From assembly GCA_965223415.1 (NCBI GenBank), contig OZ245002.1:2400001-2464000 (forward strand): a stretch of 64,000 bases of DNA, read 5' to 3'. This stretch comes from Myxococcota bacterium (GTDB lineage Bacteria; Myxococcota_A; UBA9160; UBA6930). Each line of letters starts with the position of its first letter. The stretch's first letter is position 1. Made by a program: the position numbers and the translations under genes. Below the pieces are notes generated by a model that was not told where the DNA came from, searched no databases, and saw only the letters and a list, made by a program, of their open reading frames with translations. This document shows, piece after piece, positions 1-9,004 of this stretch.

Positions 1-401
1 AGCTCGTGCAGCGGATACGACGCACGGCCCGCGCCTCCGGGGCTCGTGCAGCACAGGACGAGGCGCTCGATCCGCTCGGGATACCGCACGGCCAGCTCCT
101 GGGCGACCATCCCGCCGAAGGACACGCCGATGACCGAGCAGCGCTCCCACCCCACGTGATCGAGAAGCGCCGCGGCATCCTCGGCGTAGTCCTCCATCGT
201 GTAGGGGCCGTCGGGCCTGTCCGTCTGGCCGAGCCCGCGCTGGTCGTGGGCCAGCAGGTCGAAATGCTCGCCTAACGGCCCCTCGAAGGGACCAGGACGT
301 GCCCGCAGGTCGCCCTGACTCCCGTTCACGAAGAGCAGCGGTGGGCCCTTTCCCGCGCGCTCGTAGTAGATTCGGATCCCACGGAGCTCGACGTATGCCA
401 T
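1..401 (-). CDS. alpha/beta fold hydrolase (partial, runs off left edge)
   Basis: Manual translation from ATG 401: MAYVELRGIRIYYERAGKGPPLLFVNG...HDQRGLGQT...GVSFGGMVAQELA (GxSxG nucleophile elbow). Not in the ORF track. Confidence 0.85.
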   Translation of the reverse strand, partial: MAYVELRGIRIYYERAGKGPPLLFVNGSQGDLRARPGPFEGPLGEHFDLLAHDQRGLGQTDRPDGPYTMEDYAEDAAALLDHVGWERCSVIGVSFGGMVAQELAVRYPERIERLVLCCTSPGGAGRASYPLHE

Positions 402-428
402 GGTGCGGATGCTACCCTGGGAGGCCTG

Positions 429-1250
429 ATGGCGACCGCCCATTCTATCGTCGTTCGGCGACCCGAGCTCGCGCTGGGCGACGAGATCCCCCGCTACTGG
501 TACGCCGGCGATCCCTTCGCCACCCACTTCCTGAACGCCCTCTCCTCGGTCTTCCCGGACGGCGAGGCCTTCTTCGTGCGCTCGGTGCTGGCCTTCCGGG
601 ATCGCATCGAGGATCCGGAGCTCCAAGAGGCGATCCGCCGCTTCGCCGCCCAGGAGGGTCAGCACAGCCATCAGCACGACCGGCACCTGAAGATGCTCGC
701 CCGCCAGGGCTACACCGCCCTCGCCGGGCGCAACCGGCTCATGCGCAAGATCATGGACTGGAGCGTGCGCCGCGCGCCGCGCCTCTCCCTCGCCTCGACG
801 GCGGCCCTCGAGCACCTCACTGCGCTCCTCGCCCGGCGCCTGCTCTCGGAGCCGGAGCGCTGGATCGCGGCCATGGATCCGCGCATGGGGCCGCTCTGGC
901 AGTGGCACGCCCTGGAAGAAGCCGAGCACAAGGCCGTCGCCTACGACGTGCTGATGCAGACCGCGCCGGGAGAGGGCCTGCGTGCCTGGGCGCTGGCCTC
1001 CAACACCCTCGGCCTGGTGCTCGAGACCTTGGACCGCACCGTCTACATGCTTTGGAAGGACGGTCTGCTCTTCCGGCGCGGCACCTGGGCCAGTGCCTGG
1101 CGTTTCCTGCTGGGTCGGGACGGCTTCCTGCGTGGTCTCGGTGCCGACTACTCCGCCTGGTACCGGCGCGGCTTCCACCCCCAGCATCAGGACGACGGCC
1201 CGCTCGTCGAGGCAGGGCGTCGGGCTCTGGAGGCCGGGGCGATCGCCTAG
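429..1250 (+). CDS. predicted metal-dependent hydrolase (PF10118-like)
   Basis: NALSSVFPDGEAFF, QEGQHSHQH, ALEHLTA and WHALEEAEHKAVAYD motifs. Confidence 0.85.
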   Translation: MATAHSIVVRRPELALGDEIPRYWYAGDPFATHFLNALSSVFPDGEAFFVRSVLAFRDRIEDPELQEAIRRFAAQEGQHSHQHDRHLKMLARQGYTALAGRNRLMRKIMDWSVRRAPRLSLASTAALEHLTALLARRLLSEPERWIAAMDPRMGPLWQWHALEEAEHKAVAYDVLMQTAPGEGLRAWALASNTLGLVLETLDRTVYMLWKDGLLFRRGTWASAWRFLLGRDGFLRGLGADYSAWYRRGFHPQHQDDGPLVEAGRRALEAGAIA

Positions 1251-1627
1251 GGCCGGGTCGAGGCGGCGAGCGCACCCATGGCTCTCGAGATCGTCGGCGC
1301 GACCGGCGCCCTCCCCGACGACCGGGGGAACCTCCGCCAGCAGCGCGTGCCGCCCGCGGTCGATCGCCTCGCCGGCGAGCTCGGCCTCCAGCGTCGCCGG
1401 CTCCCCGGCGACGACCCGCAGCGCTTCGGGGCGGAAGAGGCGCTCCTCGGCGTCGCGCAGGCAGACGAGCTCGTTCAGGAAGCGGAGTGGCGCGGTCATC
1501 GGGCCCCGATGCTCCGAGGGTTCGCGCTCGGGGCGGCCTTTGCCAGGTGTGCCCCGCCTCACGTACGCTGTCGCCCCTTTTCCCGGGTTCTTCGGATTCC
1601 CCGGAGTCATCGGGTTCGGAGGTCGTG

Positions 1628-3292
1628 ATGCTGCGACTCGTCTTCGTCACCGTGGGCGTTCTGCTTACCCCTCTACCCGCGGTGGCGGCTCAACCGGCCG
1701 ACCGCCTCTTCCTCGGCGATCACGTCGTCACCCTCGAGAAGGACACGACCGACGCCACTGCCGTCGCCGTCGTGGACGGCCGGATCGCCTGGGTGGGGGC
1801 GCGGGCCGAGGCGGAGCCGTGGAAGGGGCCCGACACGCAGGTCACGGAGCTCGGCTCCCGCGCGCTCGTGCCGGGCTTCGTCGATGCCCACGGCCACCTC
1901 ATGCTCCAGGCGCTCCTGATCGACAACGCCAACGTCTCGTCGCCACCGGTCGGACCCGCGAAGGACATCGCCGGCGTGCAGCAGGTGCTGCGCGAGCACA
2001 TGACGAAGAACGCCGTCGCACCCGGGCAAGCGGTGCTCGGCTACGGCTACGACGATTCGCTGCTGGCAGAGAGCCGCCACCCGACGCGCCAGGAGCTCGA
2101 CGCCGTCTCGACGGAGAGCCCGATCGTCTTGCTGCACGTCTCCGGCCACCTGATGACCGCGAACAGCCTGGCGCTCGAGCAGGCGGGCCTGACCGCGGAG
2201 ACGCCGAATCCGGAGGGGGGCACGATCCGACGCGAGGCGGACGGCAAGACCCCGAACGGCGTGCTCGAGGAGACCGCCACCTACGCACTCCGCGGTCTTC
2301 TCTCCGCCGCGCCCGCCGACGAGCAGATCGAGCGCGCGGTCCGCCACTTCGCCTCCTTCGGCGTCACCACGATCCAGGACGGCGCGAGCTCGGTCGAGGC
2401 GGTCGCCCAGCTGGAGAAGCTCGATCGCGCTGGGCGGCTCGCGGTGGACGTCGTCGCCTACCCGGTCGGGATGGATCCCAAGGCCATTCCCGCCGATTTC
2501 AGCTTCGGCGCTCGGGACCGTCTGCGGGTGCCGGGCGTGAAGCTGGTGCTCGACGGCTCGCCCCAGGGCAAGACCGCCTACCTCAGCGAGCCCTACCACG
2601 TACCGCCGGAGGGGCTCGGAGCCGGTTACCGTGGCTATCCCATCGTCCCTGCCGAGGCCGCCAGCCAGCTCGTGGCCCAGTGGTCGTCCCGCAAGGTCCC
2701 GATCCTGGCCCACGCCAACGGTGACGCCGCGGCCGAGATGCTGATCGACGCGGTGCAGGCCGCGGCCGCGGACTGGGACCACCGCACCGTGATGATCCAC
2801 GCCCAGACCGTGCGCGACGACCAACTCGACCGCATGGCGAAGCTCGGCATCATCCCCTCCTTCTTCTCGACCCACACCTTCTACTGGGGCGATTGGCACC
2901 GCGATTCGGTGCTCGGCCCCGAGCGGGCGTCGCGCATCAGCCCGACCCGCTCCGCGACCGAACGCCGCATGCACTTCACCGTGCACAACGACGCGCCGGT
3001 GGTGCCGCCGGACATGGTGCGCCTCCTGTGGTCGACGACGAACCGGAAGACGCGCAGCGGCGCGACGCTCGGCGAGGCCCAGCGGCTCACCGTCGAGGAG
3101 GCGCTGCGCGCCGTCACCCTCGAGGGCGCCTACCAGCACTTCGAGGAGGCCGAGAAGGGAACGATCGCGGTCGGCAAGCGGGCGGACCTGGTCGTGCTGA
3201 GCGCCAATCCCCTGGAGACGCCCCGGGCGGACCTGCTGGAGCTCCGGGTGGAGGAGACGATCTCGCGGGGCGATGTCGTCTTCTCGCGCTGA
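1628..3292 (+). CDS. secreted amidohydrolase (YtcJ/Amidohydro_3 type)
   Basis: Signal peptide MLRLVFVTVG...AVAA; PGFVDAHGH, KLVLDGSPQG, HANGD, IHAQ, HNDAPV, GTIAVGKRADLVVL. Confidence 0.9.
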   Translation: MLRLVFVTVGVLLTPLPAVAAQPADRLFLGDHVVTLEKDTTDATAVAVVDGRIAWVGARAEAEPWKGPDTQVTELGSRALVPGFVDAHGHLMLQALLIDNANVSSPPVGPAKDIAGVQQVLREHMTKNAVAPGQAVLGYGYDDSLLAESRHPTRQELDAVSTESPIVLLHVSGHLMTANSLALEQAGLTAETPNPEGGTIRREADGKTPNGVLEETATYALRGLLSAAPADEQIERAVRHFASFGVTTIQDGASSVEAVAQLEKLDRAGRLAVDVVAYPVGMDPKAIPADFSFGARDRLRVPGVKLVLDGSPQGKTAYLSEPYHVPPEGLGAGYRGYPIVPAEAASQLVAQWSSRKVPILAHANGDAAAEMLIDAVQAAAADWDHRTVMIHAQTVRDDQLDRMAKLGIIPSFFSTHTFYWGDWHRDSVLGPERASRISPTRSATERRMHFTVHNDAPVVPPDMVRLLWSTTNRKTRSGATLGEAQRLTVEEALRAVTLEGAYQHFEEAEKGTIAVGKRADLVVLSANPLETPRADLLELRVEETISRGDVVFSR

Positions 3293-3312
3293 GGGCGCGG
3301 TACCCTCCCGCC

Positions 3313-3750
3313 ATGGAAGATCGCGACCGACTGCTGATCGAGCGCGCCTGCGAGCGCCTCGTCACTGCCTACTGCCACCACGTCGACCACGGGGAGGCGA
3401 GCCGCGTGGCCGAGCTCTTCACCGAGGATGGCGTGTGGACGGGGCCCGGTGTGCGCATGGAGGGACGCGAGCAGCTTCAGAAGGGCTTCGCCGCCCGCGA
3501 GGCCCAGAGGGAGCGCATGTCCCGCCACGTCTGCCACAACTTCCTGTGCGATGTCCTCGACGGGGAACACGCCGAAGGCGTCGTCTACCTCACGCTCTAC
3601 CGGCACGACGGTGATCCGGACCGGAAGGTCTCGCCTCTGGTCGGCCCGGCGATGGTGGGGGAGTACCGCGATCGCTTCGTCCGCACGCCGGAGGGCTGGC
3701 GCATCGCGGCCCGGGATACGCGGGTGAGCTTCCTGGCCGAAGGCGCATGA
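3313..3750 (+). CDS. SnoaL-like / NTF2-family protein
   Basis: MEDRDRLLIERAC...YCHHVD...LFTEDG...GEYRDRFVRTPEGWRIAAR. Confidence 0.85.
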   Translation: MEDRDRLLIERACERLVTAYCHHVDHGEASRVAELFTEDGVWTGPGVRMEGREQLQKGFAAREAQRERMSRHVCHNFLCDVLDGEHAEGVVYLTLYRHDGDPDRKVSPLVGPAMVGEYRDRFVRTPEGWRIAARDTRVSFLAEGA

Positions 3751-4547
3751 GCGCCGTGCCGCGGCGCCTCGTCGGGCGCCGCGCCTTCGTGACCGGCGGC
3801 GGCAGCGGCATCGGCCGGGCGACGGCATTGCGCCTGGCCGACGAGGGGGCGGCGGTCGCCATCGCCGACAAGCGGGCGGAGCCCGCCCGGGAAGCCGCCG
3901 AGGCGATCACCGCGGCGGGCGGCCAGGCACTGCCCCTCGCCTGCGACGTGAGCGACGAGTCCTCGGTGGCGTCCTCGGTGGCCGCCGCCGCAGAGGCGTT
4001 CCGCGGCCTCGATGCGGTCTTCGCCAACGCGGGCACTGCGGGCTCCGGCTGGATCCACGAGACGGCTCTCGAGGACTGGGAGGCGGTGCTGCGGGTGAAC
4101 CTGACCGGCGTCTTCCTGACCGCCAAGCACACCCTGCCGCACCTGCTCGCGGCCGGCGGCGGCGCCCTCGTGACCACCGGTTCGATCGCGTCGCTCGTGG
4201 TCGGCCCCGGCGGCTCGGCGGCGAGCTACGCGGCGTCGAAGGGGGGTGTGCTGCAGCTGACGAAGCAGATCGCCGTGGACTACGGCCCGCAGAACGTGCG
4301 GGCCAACTGCCTGTGTCCGGGCGGGGTGAAGACCGCCCTGACCGCCCACGCGGCGGAGGACCAGGCCGGCCACTCGACGCCGGTGCCGGAGGGCGGCCGG
4401 CTCCCGCGCAGCCTCTTCCGCTCGCCCCTCGCGCGGGTCTCCGATCCCGCCGAGCAGGCCGCGGTGGTCGCCTTCCTGCTCTCCGACGATGCCTCCTTCG
4501 TGACCGGGAGCGCGATGCTCGTCGACGGCGGGCTCACGGCCATCTGA
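3747..4547 (+). CDS. SDR family oxidoreductase
   Basis: TGGGSGIG, YAASK, FVTG...VDGG; ATGA overlap with upstream gene. Confidence 0.92.
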   Translation: MSAVPRRLVGRRAFVTGGGSGIGRATALRLADEGAAVAIADKRAEPAREAAEAITAAGGQALPLACDVSDESSVASSVAAAAEAFRGLDAVFANAGTAGSGWIHETALEDWEAVLRVNLTGVFLTAKHTLPHLLAAGGGALVTTGSIASLVVGPGGSAASYAASKGGVLQLTKQIAVDYGPQNVRANCLCPGGVKTALTAHAAEDQAGHSTPVPEGGRLPRSLFRSPLARVSDPAEQAAVVAFLLSDDASFVTGSAMLVDGGLTAI

Positions 4548-6494
4548 GTGCGCAGGCTCGCTCTCGCCCTCGTCCTGCTGGCGGTCGTCGCCTCTGTCGT
4601 CCTCCTGTGTGACGTGGCGATGCTGGTCGGGCCGGGCCATGCGCCGTGGACGCCGCCGGGCGGGCCGGCCACGGCGCGCCCGCTCGCCCCGCGCGAGCCC
4701 TGCGCCCAGCGCGATCCCGCCCGGCGCGCCTTCTTCGGCGATCTCCACGTCCATACCGGTCTCTCGATGGACGCCACGATCCGCGGCGGAACGTCGACGC
4801 CCGACGAGGCCTACCGCTTCGCCCGGGGCGAGCCGATTCGGCTGCCGCCGGACCGCAGCCACGCCCTCGCGCGCCCCCTGGACTTCGCCGCCGTGACCGA
4901 CCACGCCGAGTGGCTGGGGGAAACCTCCCTCTGCAAGCGTCCGGGCTCGCCGGTCCACGACAGCACGGCGTGCCGCACCTTCCGGGGCGAGGAGCCCTCC
5001 TGGATGGGCGACAACCTGTTCGGTCGCATCGCTGCCGTGGTCGGCTTCCTCGGGCGCAACACCGACGTGTGTGGGGAGGGAGCCGCCGCCTGTCGCGCGG
5101 AGCTGGGCCTGGCTTGGCAGGAGACCCGGGCCGCCGCCGAGCGCTGGTACGACCGCTCGTCCGCGTGCTCCTTCACCACCTTCCACGCCTGGGAATACAG
5201 CGCCTCGCCCGGGCGCTCGAAGGTCCATCGCAACGTGATCTTGCGCAACGAGATCGTGCCCGAGCTGCCGATCTCCTGGATCGACGAGCCCTCCGCGGAG
5301 GGGCTCTGGCGCAAGCTGCTGGAGCGCTGCAACGACACCGGCACCGGCTGCGAGGCCCTGGCGATTCCCCACAACCCGAACGTGTCGAACGGCCAGATGT
5401 TCGTGCTCGACCGGAGTGGCGGCCGCGAGGCGGAGCGTGCCCGCGCGGAGCTGCGGGCCCGCCTCGAGCCGCTGGTCGAGATGGCCCAGGCGAAGGGCGA
5501 GTCCGAGTGCCGCAGCGGCTTCGCCGGCGTGCTCGGCGAGGACGAGCTGTGCGACGACGAGAAGATCCGTTGGATCGACGGGGCGCCGCCGCCGGACTGC
5601 GGCGACGGCAGCAGTCGCGGCGCCATGGCGGGCCGCGGCTGCCAGTCGCGCCTCGATTTTGTGCGCTACGTGCTGATCGAAGGCCTGCGGGAGGAAGCGC
5701 GCCTCGGCGTGAACCCCTACCGCCACGGCTGGATCGGCAGCACGGATACCCACAACGGCACGCCCGGCGCCACCGACGAGCCTTCTTATCCCGGCCACAA
5801 CGGCCTGACCGACGCCACCCTCGAGCAGCGCATCGGCACCGAGCAGGACAACTACGCGCCCTATCCGCTGCGCAACCCGGGCGGCCTGGTCGGGATCTGG
5901 GCAGAGGAGAACACTCGCGACGCCCTCTTCGACGCCATGAAGCGCCGGGAGACCTTCGCCACCAGCGGAACGCGCATCACGCCGCGCTTGTTCGCGGGCT
6001 GGGATCTGCCGGCGGACGCCTGCGAACGCGTCGGCGCCGAAGGTGTCCCGATGGGTGCCGTGCTGCCGCCGCCTCCCGCCGGCTCCGGCGCGCCCTCGTT
6101 TCACGTGTCCGCCCTGCGCGACGCCGCCGGCGGCCAGCTCCAACGCATCCAGATCGTGAAGGCGTGGGTCGGCGGCGACGGTGCCTTCCGCCAGCAGGTC
6201 CACGACGTCGCCGGCTTCGCTTCCGGCGAGGCCGACGTGGACCGAGCCACCTGCACCCCGACCGGCCGCGGCGCGGATTCCCTCTGCGCCGTCTGGCAGG
6301 ACCCGGGCTTCGACCCCGCCCGCCCCGCCATCTACTACGCCCGCATCCTCGAGAACCCGAGCTGCCGCTGGAACGCCCACCAGTGCAACGCCCTCCCGGA
6401 ACCCCAACGCCCCGTCGCCTGCACCGACCCCACCCTCCCCTGGCGCACCCAGGAACGCGCCTGGACCTCCGCCATCTGGTACACGTTAAGATAG
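4548..6494 (+). CDS. DUF3604 domain protein
   Basis: FFGDLHVHT, LDFAAVTDH, HRNVI, IPHNPN, GSTDTHN, QERAWTSAIWY. Confidence 0.85.
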   Translation: MRRLALALVLLAVVASVVLLCDVAMLVGPGHAPWTPPGGPATARPLAPREPCAQRDPARRAFFGDLHVHTGLSMDATIRGGTSTPDEAYRFARGEPIRLPPDRSHALARPLDFAAVTDHAEWLGETSLCKRPGSPVHDSTACRTFRGEEPSWMGDNLFGRIAAVVGFLGRNTDVCGEGAAACRAELGLAWQETRAAAERWYDRSSACSFTTFHAWEYSASPGRSKVHRNVILRNEIVPELPISWIDEPSAEGLWRKLLERCNDTGTGCEALAIPHNPNVSNGQMFVLDRSGGREAERARAELRARLEPLVEMAQAKGESECRSGFAGVLGEDELCDDEKIRWIDGAPPPDCGDGSSRGAMAGRGCQSRLDFVRYVLIEGLREEARLGVNPYRHGWIGSTDTHNGTPGATDEPSYPGHNGLTDATLEQRIGTEQDNYAPYPLRNPGGLVGIWAEENTRDALFDAMKRRETFATSGTRITPRLFAGWDLPADACERVGAEGVPMGAVLPPPPAGSGAPSFHVSALRDAAGGQLQRIQIVKAWVGGDGAFRQQVHDVAGFASGEADVDRATCTPTGRGADSLCAVWQDPGFDPARPAIYYARILENPSCRWNAHQCNALPEPQRPVACTDPTLPWRTQERAWTSAIWYTLR

Positions 6495-6570
6495 GGGCCG
6501 GTTCCGTTTGTTAAGTTGCTTCGCCCAGCTACCGCACCTGTTGCGCAAGGGGCCGGTTCCGTCCGTTGCG
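6485..6570 (+). repeat. two tandem copies of a short dispersed (REP-like) motif AGGGGCCGGTTCC, each inside a 6-bp direct repeat
   Basis: GTTAAG-at-AGGGGCCGGTTCC-gttt-GTTAAG (6485-6515) and GTTGCG-ca-AGGGGCCGGTTCC-gtcc-GTTGCG (6540-6570). Confidence 0.75.
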
Positions 6571-6584
6571 TTCCGAACGACGGA

Positions 6585-7124
6585 TCAGCGGATGTAGCCG
6601 GGGAGGCAGTCGGCGGCGCGGCGGCAGGCGTCGAACAGGCCGTCGTCGGCCCAGTCGCGGGCTTCTTCGAGCTTGTTCTCGGCGGCGTCGAGGCGGCCGC
6701 GCTCGTAGGTGGAGCAGCCGGGCGGCACCTCGTAGAGGGAGCGCCGCTCCTCCACGCCGCGGCAGCGCGTGCGCCAGTGCTCGAAATCGCGCTCGGCGCT
6801 GGACAGCTCGCGCCGGGCCTTCCGGGCCCGGCTCGACCAACGCTCTCGCGCCCGCTCCTCGCGCTCCTCCCGGGCCCGTCTCTGGGCGATGGTGGGCTTC
6901 GAGACGGGCTCCTTCTTCACCGGCGCCTCGCGAAGCTCCGTCGGCTGGACCGTGACCTTGCCGCTTGGCCGGTAGTTCTTCGACTCGACGGTCGCTCCCT
7001 GGGGCACCAGGTCCGGCGAGGCGAAGCCGATCTTCCCGTCCGGCGTCCGGTACTTCACCATCCCCTGGCCGAGCGCCGGCCCGGCGAAGAGAGAGAGGAA
7101 GACGAGGACGATCGGGGTCCGCAC
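6585..7124 (-). CDS. secreted hypothetical protein, DUF4124-like N-terminus plus coiled coil
   Basis: Signal peptide, then VKYRTPDGKIGFA (cf. DUF4124 YKWxDxxGxxHF); charged coiled-coil C-terminal half with Cys residues. Confidence 0.65.
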   Translation of the reverse strand: MRTPIVLVFLSLFAGPALGQGMVKYRTPDGKIGFASPDLVPQGATVESKNYRPSGKVTVQPTELREAPVKKEPVSKPTIAQRRAREEREERARERWSSRARKARRELSSAERDFEHWRTRCRGVEERRSLYEVPPGCSTYERGRLDAAENKLEEARDWADDGLFDACRRAADCLPGYIR

Positions 7125-7131
7125 GCAAGGC

Positions 7132-7160
7132 ACATCGGCGCCTCGCAGCGAGCCCTTGAG
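7132..7160 (-). promoter_or_regulatory. putative sigma28 (FliA)-type promoter
   Basis: Minus strand CTCAAG-N15-GCCGATGT just upstream of GTG 7124; resembles TAAA-N15-GCCGATAA. Confidence 0.45.
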
Positions 7161-7183
7161 GCGAAGAGGGCTAGCATGCCGGC

Positions 7184-8014
7184 ATGAAGCTCGACGATCG
7201 CATCGCTGTCATCACCGGGGGCGCGAGCGGCATCGGCAAGGGCCTGGCCGAGCGCTTTCATCGGGAAGGGGCCCGCCACGTGGTCGTGGCCGATCGGGAC
7301 GAGGCCGGGGCGCGCAGCGTGGCCGAGGCCATCGGGGGCACCGGCGTCGGCGTCGACGTCTCCGACGAAGGCGCCGTCCGCGCCCTGGTACAGGAGACCG
7401 AGCGCACCCATGGCGCCATCGATCTACTCGTCTCCAACGCCGGCTACGTCACCATCGGTGGTCTCGAGGCGCCGACCGCGGACCTGCAGCGCATGTGGGA
7501 GGTGCACGTGCTCGCACACCTCTTCGCGGCCCGCGCCGCCCTGCCGGGCATGATCGCTCGCGGCCGTGGCTACCTGCTCAACACCGCCTCCGCCGCTGGC
7601 CTCCTCACCCAGCTCGGCTCGCTCCACTATTCGGTGACCAAGCACGCGGCCATCGCCCTGGCCGAGTGGCTCGCCATCACCCACGGCCATCAGGGCATCC
7701 GCGTCTCCGTGCTGTGTCCCCAGGCCGTCGAGACCAACATCGGCGCCAATAGCCCGGACCGCGACAGGATGGAAGGCGGCGGCGCCGACGTGGCCAGCCA
7801 GGACGGCGTCCTCCAGCCCGAGGACGTGGGCCAATGCGTCGTCGAAGCTCTCGACGAGGAGCGCTTCTGGGTGCTGCCCCACCCCGAGGTCGCCGAGTAC
7901 GCGCGCCGCAAGGCCTCGGACGTCGATCGCTGGCTCGGGGGCATGATGCGCTTCCAGAAGCAGCTGTTCGGTGAGGCGAACCAGCCCGCGGACTGGCTCA
8001 CCCCGCGACGTTAG
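7184..8014 (+). CDS. SDR family oxidoreductase
   Basis: TGGASGIG, SNAG, YSVTK. Confidence 0.92.
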   Translation: MKLDDRIAVITGGASGIGKGLAERFHREGARHVVVADRDEAGARSVAEAIGGTGVGVDVSDEGAVRALVQETERTHGAIDLLVSNAGYVTIGGLEAPTADLQRMWEVHVLAHLFAARAALPGMIARGRGYLLNTASAAGLLTQLGSLHYSVTKHAAIALAEWLAITHGHQGIRVSVLCPQAVETNIGANSPDRDRMEGGGADVASQDGVLQPEDVGQCVVEALDEERFWVLPHPEVAEYARRKASDVDRWLGGMMRFQKQLFGEANQPADWLTPRR

Positions 8015-9004
8015 GTGAACCTCGCCTCCCTGGACCTGGAAGGCCTTCTCGGGGCTGGCCTGGGCGGGCGCGCCGGCACCTTCAGCGTGCGCTTCCGCGA
8101 CGACCAGACCCACGCCGGCGAGGGCCGCTTCCCCATCTACAGCATCGCCAAGGTGGTGATCGCGGTGCTCCTGGTCCAGCAGGCCGACGAAGAACGCCTC
8201 TCCCTCGACGACCCGCTCGCTCGCTGGCACCCGGAGGTTCCCGGCGCCGACGCCATGACCCTCCGCCAGGTGCTCCGGCACCGTGCCGGGCTGCGGGATT
8301 ACGGCTCGCTCCGGGCCTACCACGAGGCGCTGCGCAGCTCATCGCAGCGCGCCTGGAGTCGAGCCACCTACGGCGAGCACACCTGGCTGCGCGGTCCCGT
8401 TTCGGAGCCCGGCGAGCGCTTCCTCTACAGCAACCCGGGCTACCGGCTCCTCCGCGAGATCGCCGAGCGCGTGGACGGCGGAGGCTTCGCGGAGCTCGTC
8501 GCACGGCGCATCACCGGCCCGCTGGGTCTCGTTCGCACTCGCGTCCTCGAGAGCGCGGCGGATTACGCCGAGCTGGTTCCGTCCACGACGACGCGTTTCT
8601 CGACCGACGGCTCGCCTCGCGACCTGCGGACGATGGACCCGGACTGGGTGTTCCACGGTACCCTCTCCTCTACGGCGCCGGAGACCTTGCGCCTTCTCGA
8701 TGCGTTCGCGAACGGCTCCCTGGTCTCCCGGGAAGGGCTCGCGGCGATGACCCAGCTCGTCCCCATCGGGCAGGAGCTTCCCGGCCGCGGCGAGCCCAGC
8801 TACGGGCTCGGCCTGATGGGCGATCCGCACTCGCCCCACGGCCTTTCCTGGGGCCACAACGGAGGCGGCCCGGGCTACCAGGCGAGCGTCTTCCACCTTC
8901 CCGAGCACGACCTCAGCGCTTGCGCGCTCTGCGCCGACGAGCGGGACGGTGCGGCGGAGGCGCTCGTGCGGCGGGTCTTCGAGGCTCTCGTTCAGCCGAG
9001 GTAG
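8015..9004 (+). CDS. serine hydrolase, beta-lactamase / D-Ala-D-Ala carboxypeptidase family
   Basis: SIAK (SxxK), YSN, WGHNGGGPG motifs. Confidence 0.85.
   Translation: MNLASLDLEGLLGAGLGGRAGTFSVRFRDDQTHAGEGRFPIYSIAKVVIAVLLVQQADEERLSLDDPLARWHPEVPGADAMTLRQVLRHRAGLRDYGSLRAYHEALRSSSQRAWSRATYGEHTWLRGPVSEPGERFLYSNPGYRLLREIAERVDGGGFAELVARRITGPLGLVRTRVLESAADYAELVPSTTTRFSTDGSPRDLRTMDPDWVFHGTLSSTAPETLRLLDAFANGSLVSREGLAAMTQLVPIGQELPGRGEPSYGLGLMGDPHSPHGLSWGHNGGGPGYQASVFHLPEHDLSACALCADERDGAAEALVRRVFEALVQPR

Noticed and set aside
1251..1499. Possible small minus-strand ORF MTAPLRFLNELVCLRDAEERLF...
   Set aside because: Protein-like, but no in-frame stop before it runs antisense into the 429-1250 gene and no family recognised; cannot be supported.
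299..1627. N-terminal extension of the 997-aa ORF (similar apparent fusions at 21512-24394, 20505-22457, 35379-37169)
   Set aside because: Arg/Pro-rich read-through of other genes' off-frames; real starts lie downstream with signal peptides or RBS.
3597..6407. Very long antisense or alternate-frame ORFs (936 aa here; also 16909-19545, 57750-59840 and others)
   Set aside because: Shadow ORFs expected at high GC; they overlap motif-bearing genes and have no recognisable domains.
8015..9004. Antibiotic-resistance beta-lactamase
   Set aside because: Generic SxxK serine hydrolase without a signal peptide; resistance cannot be inferred.
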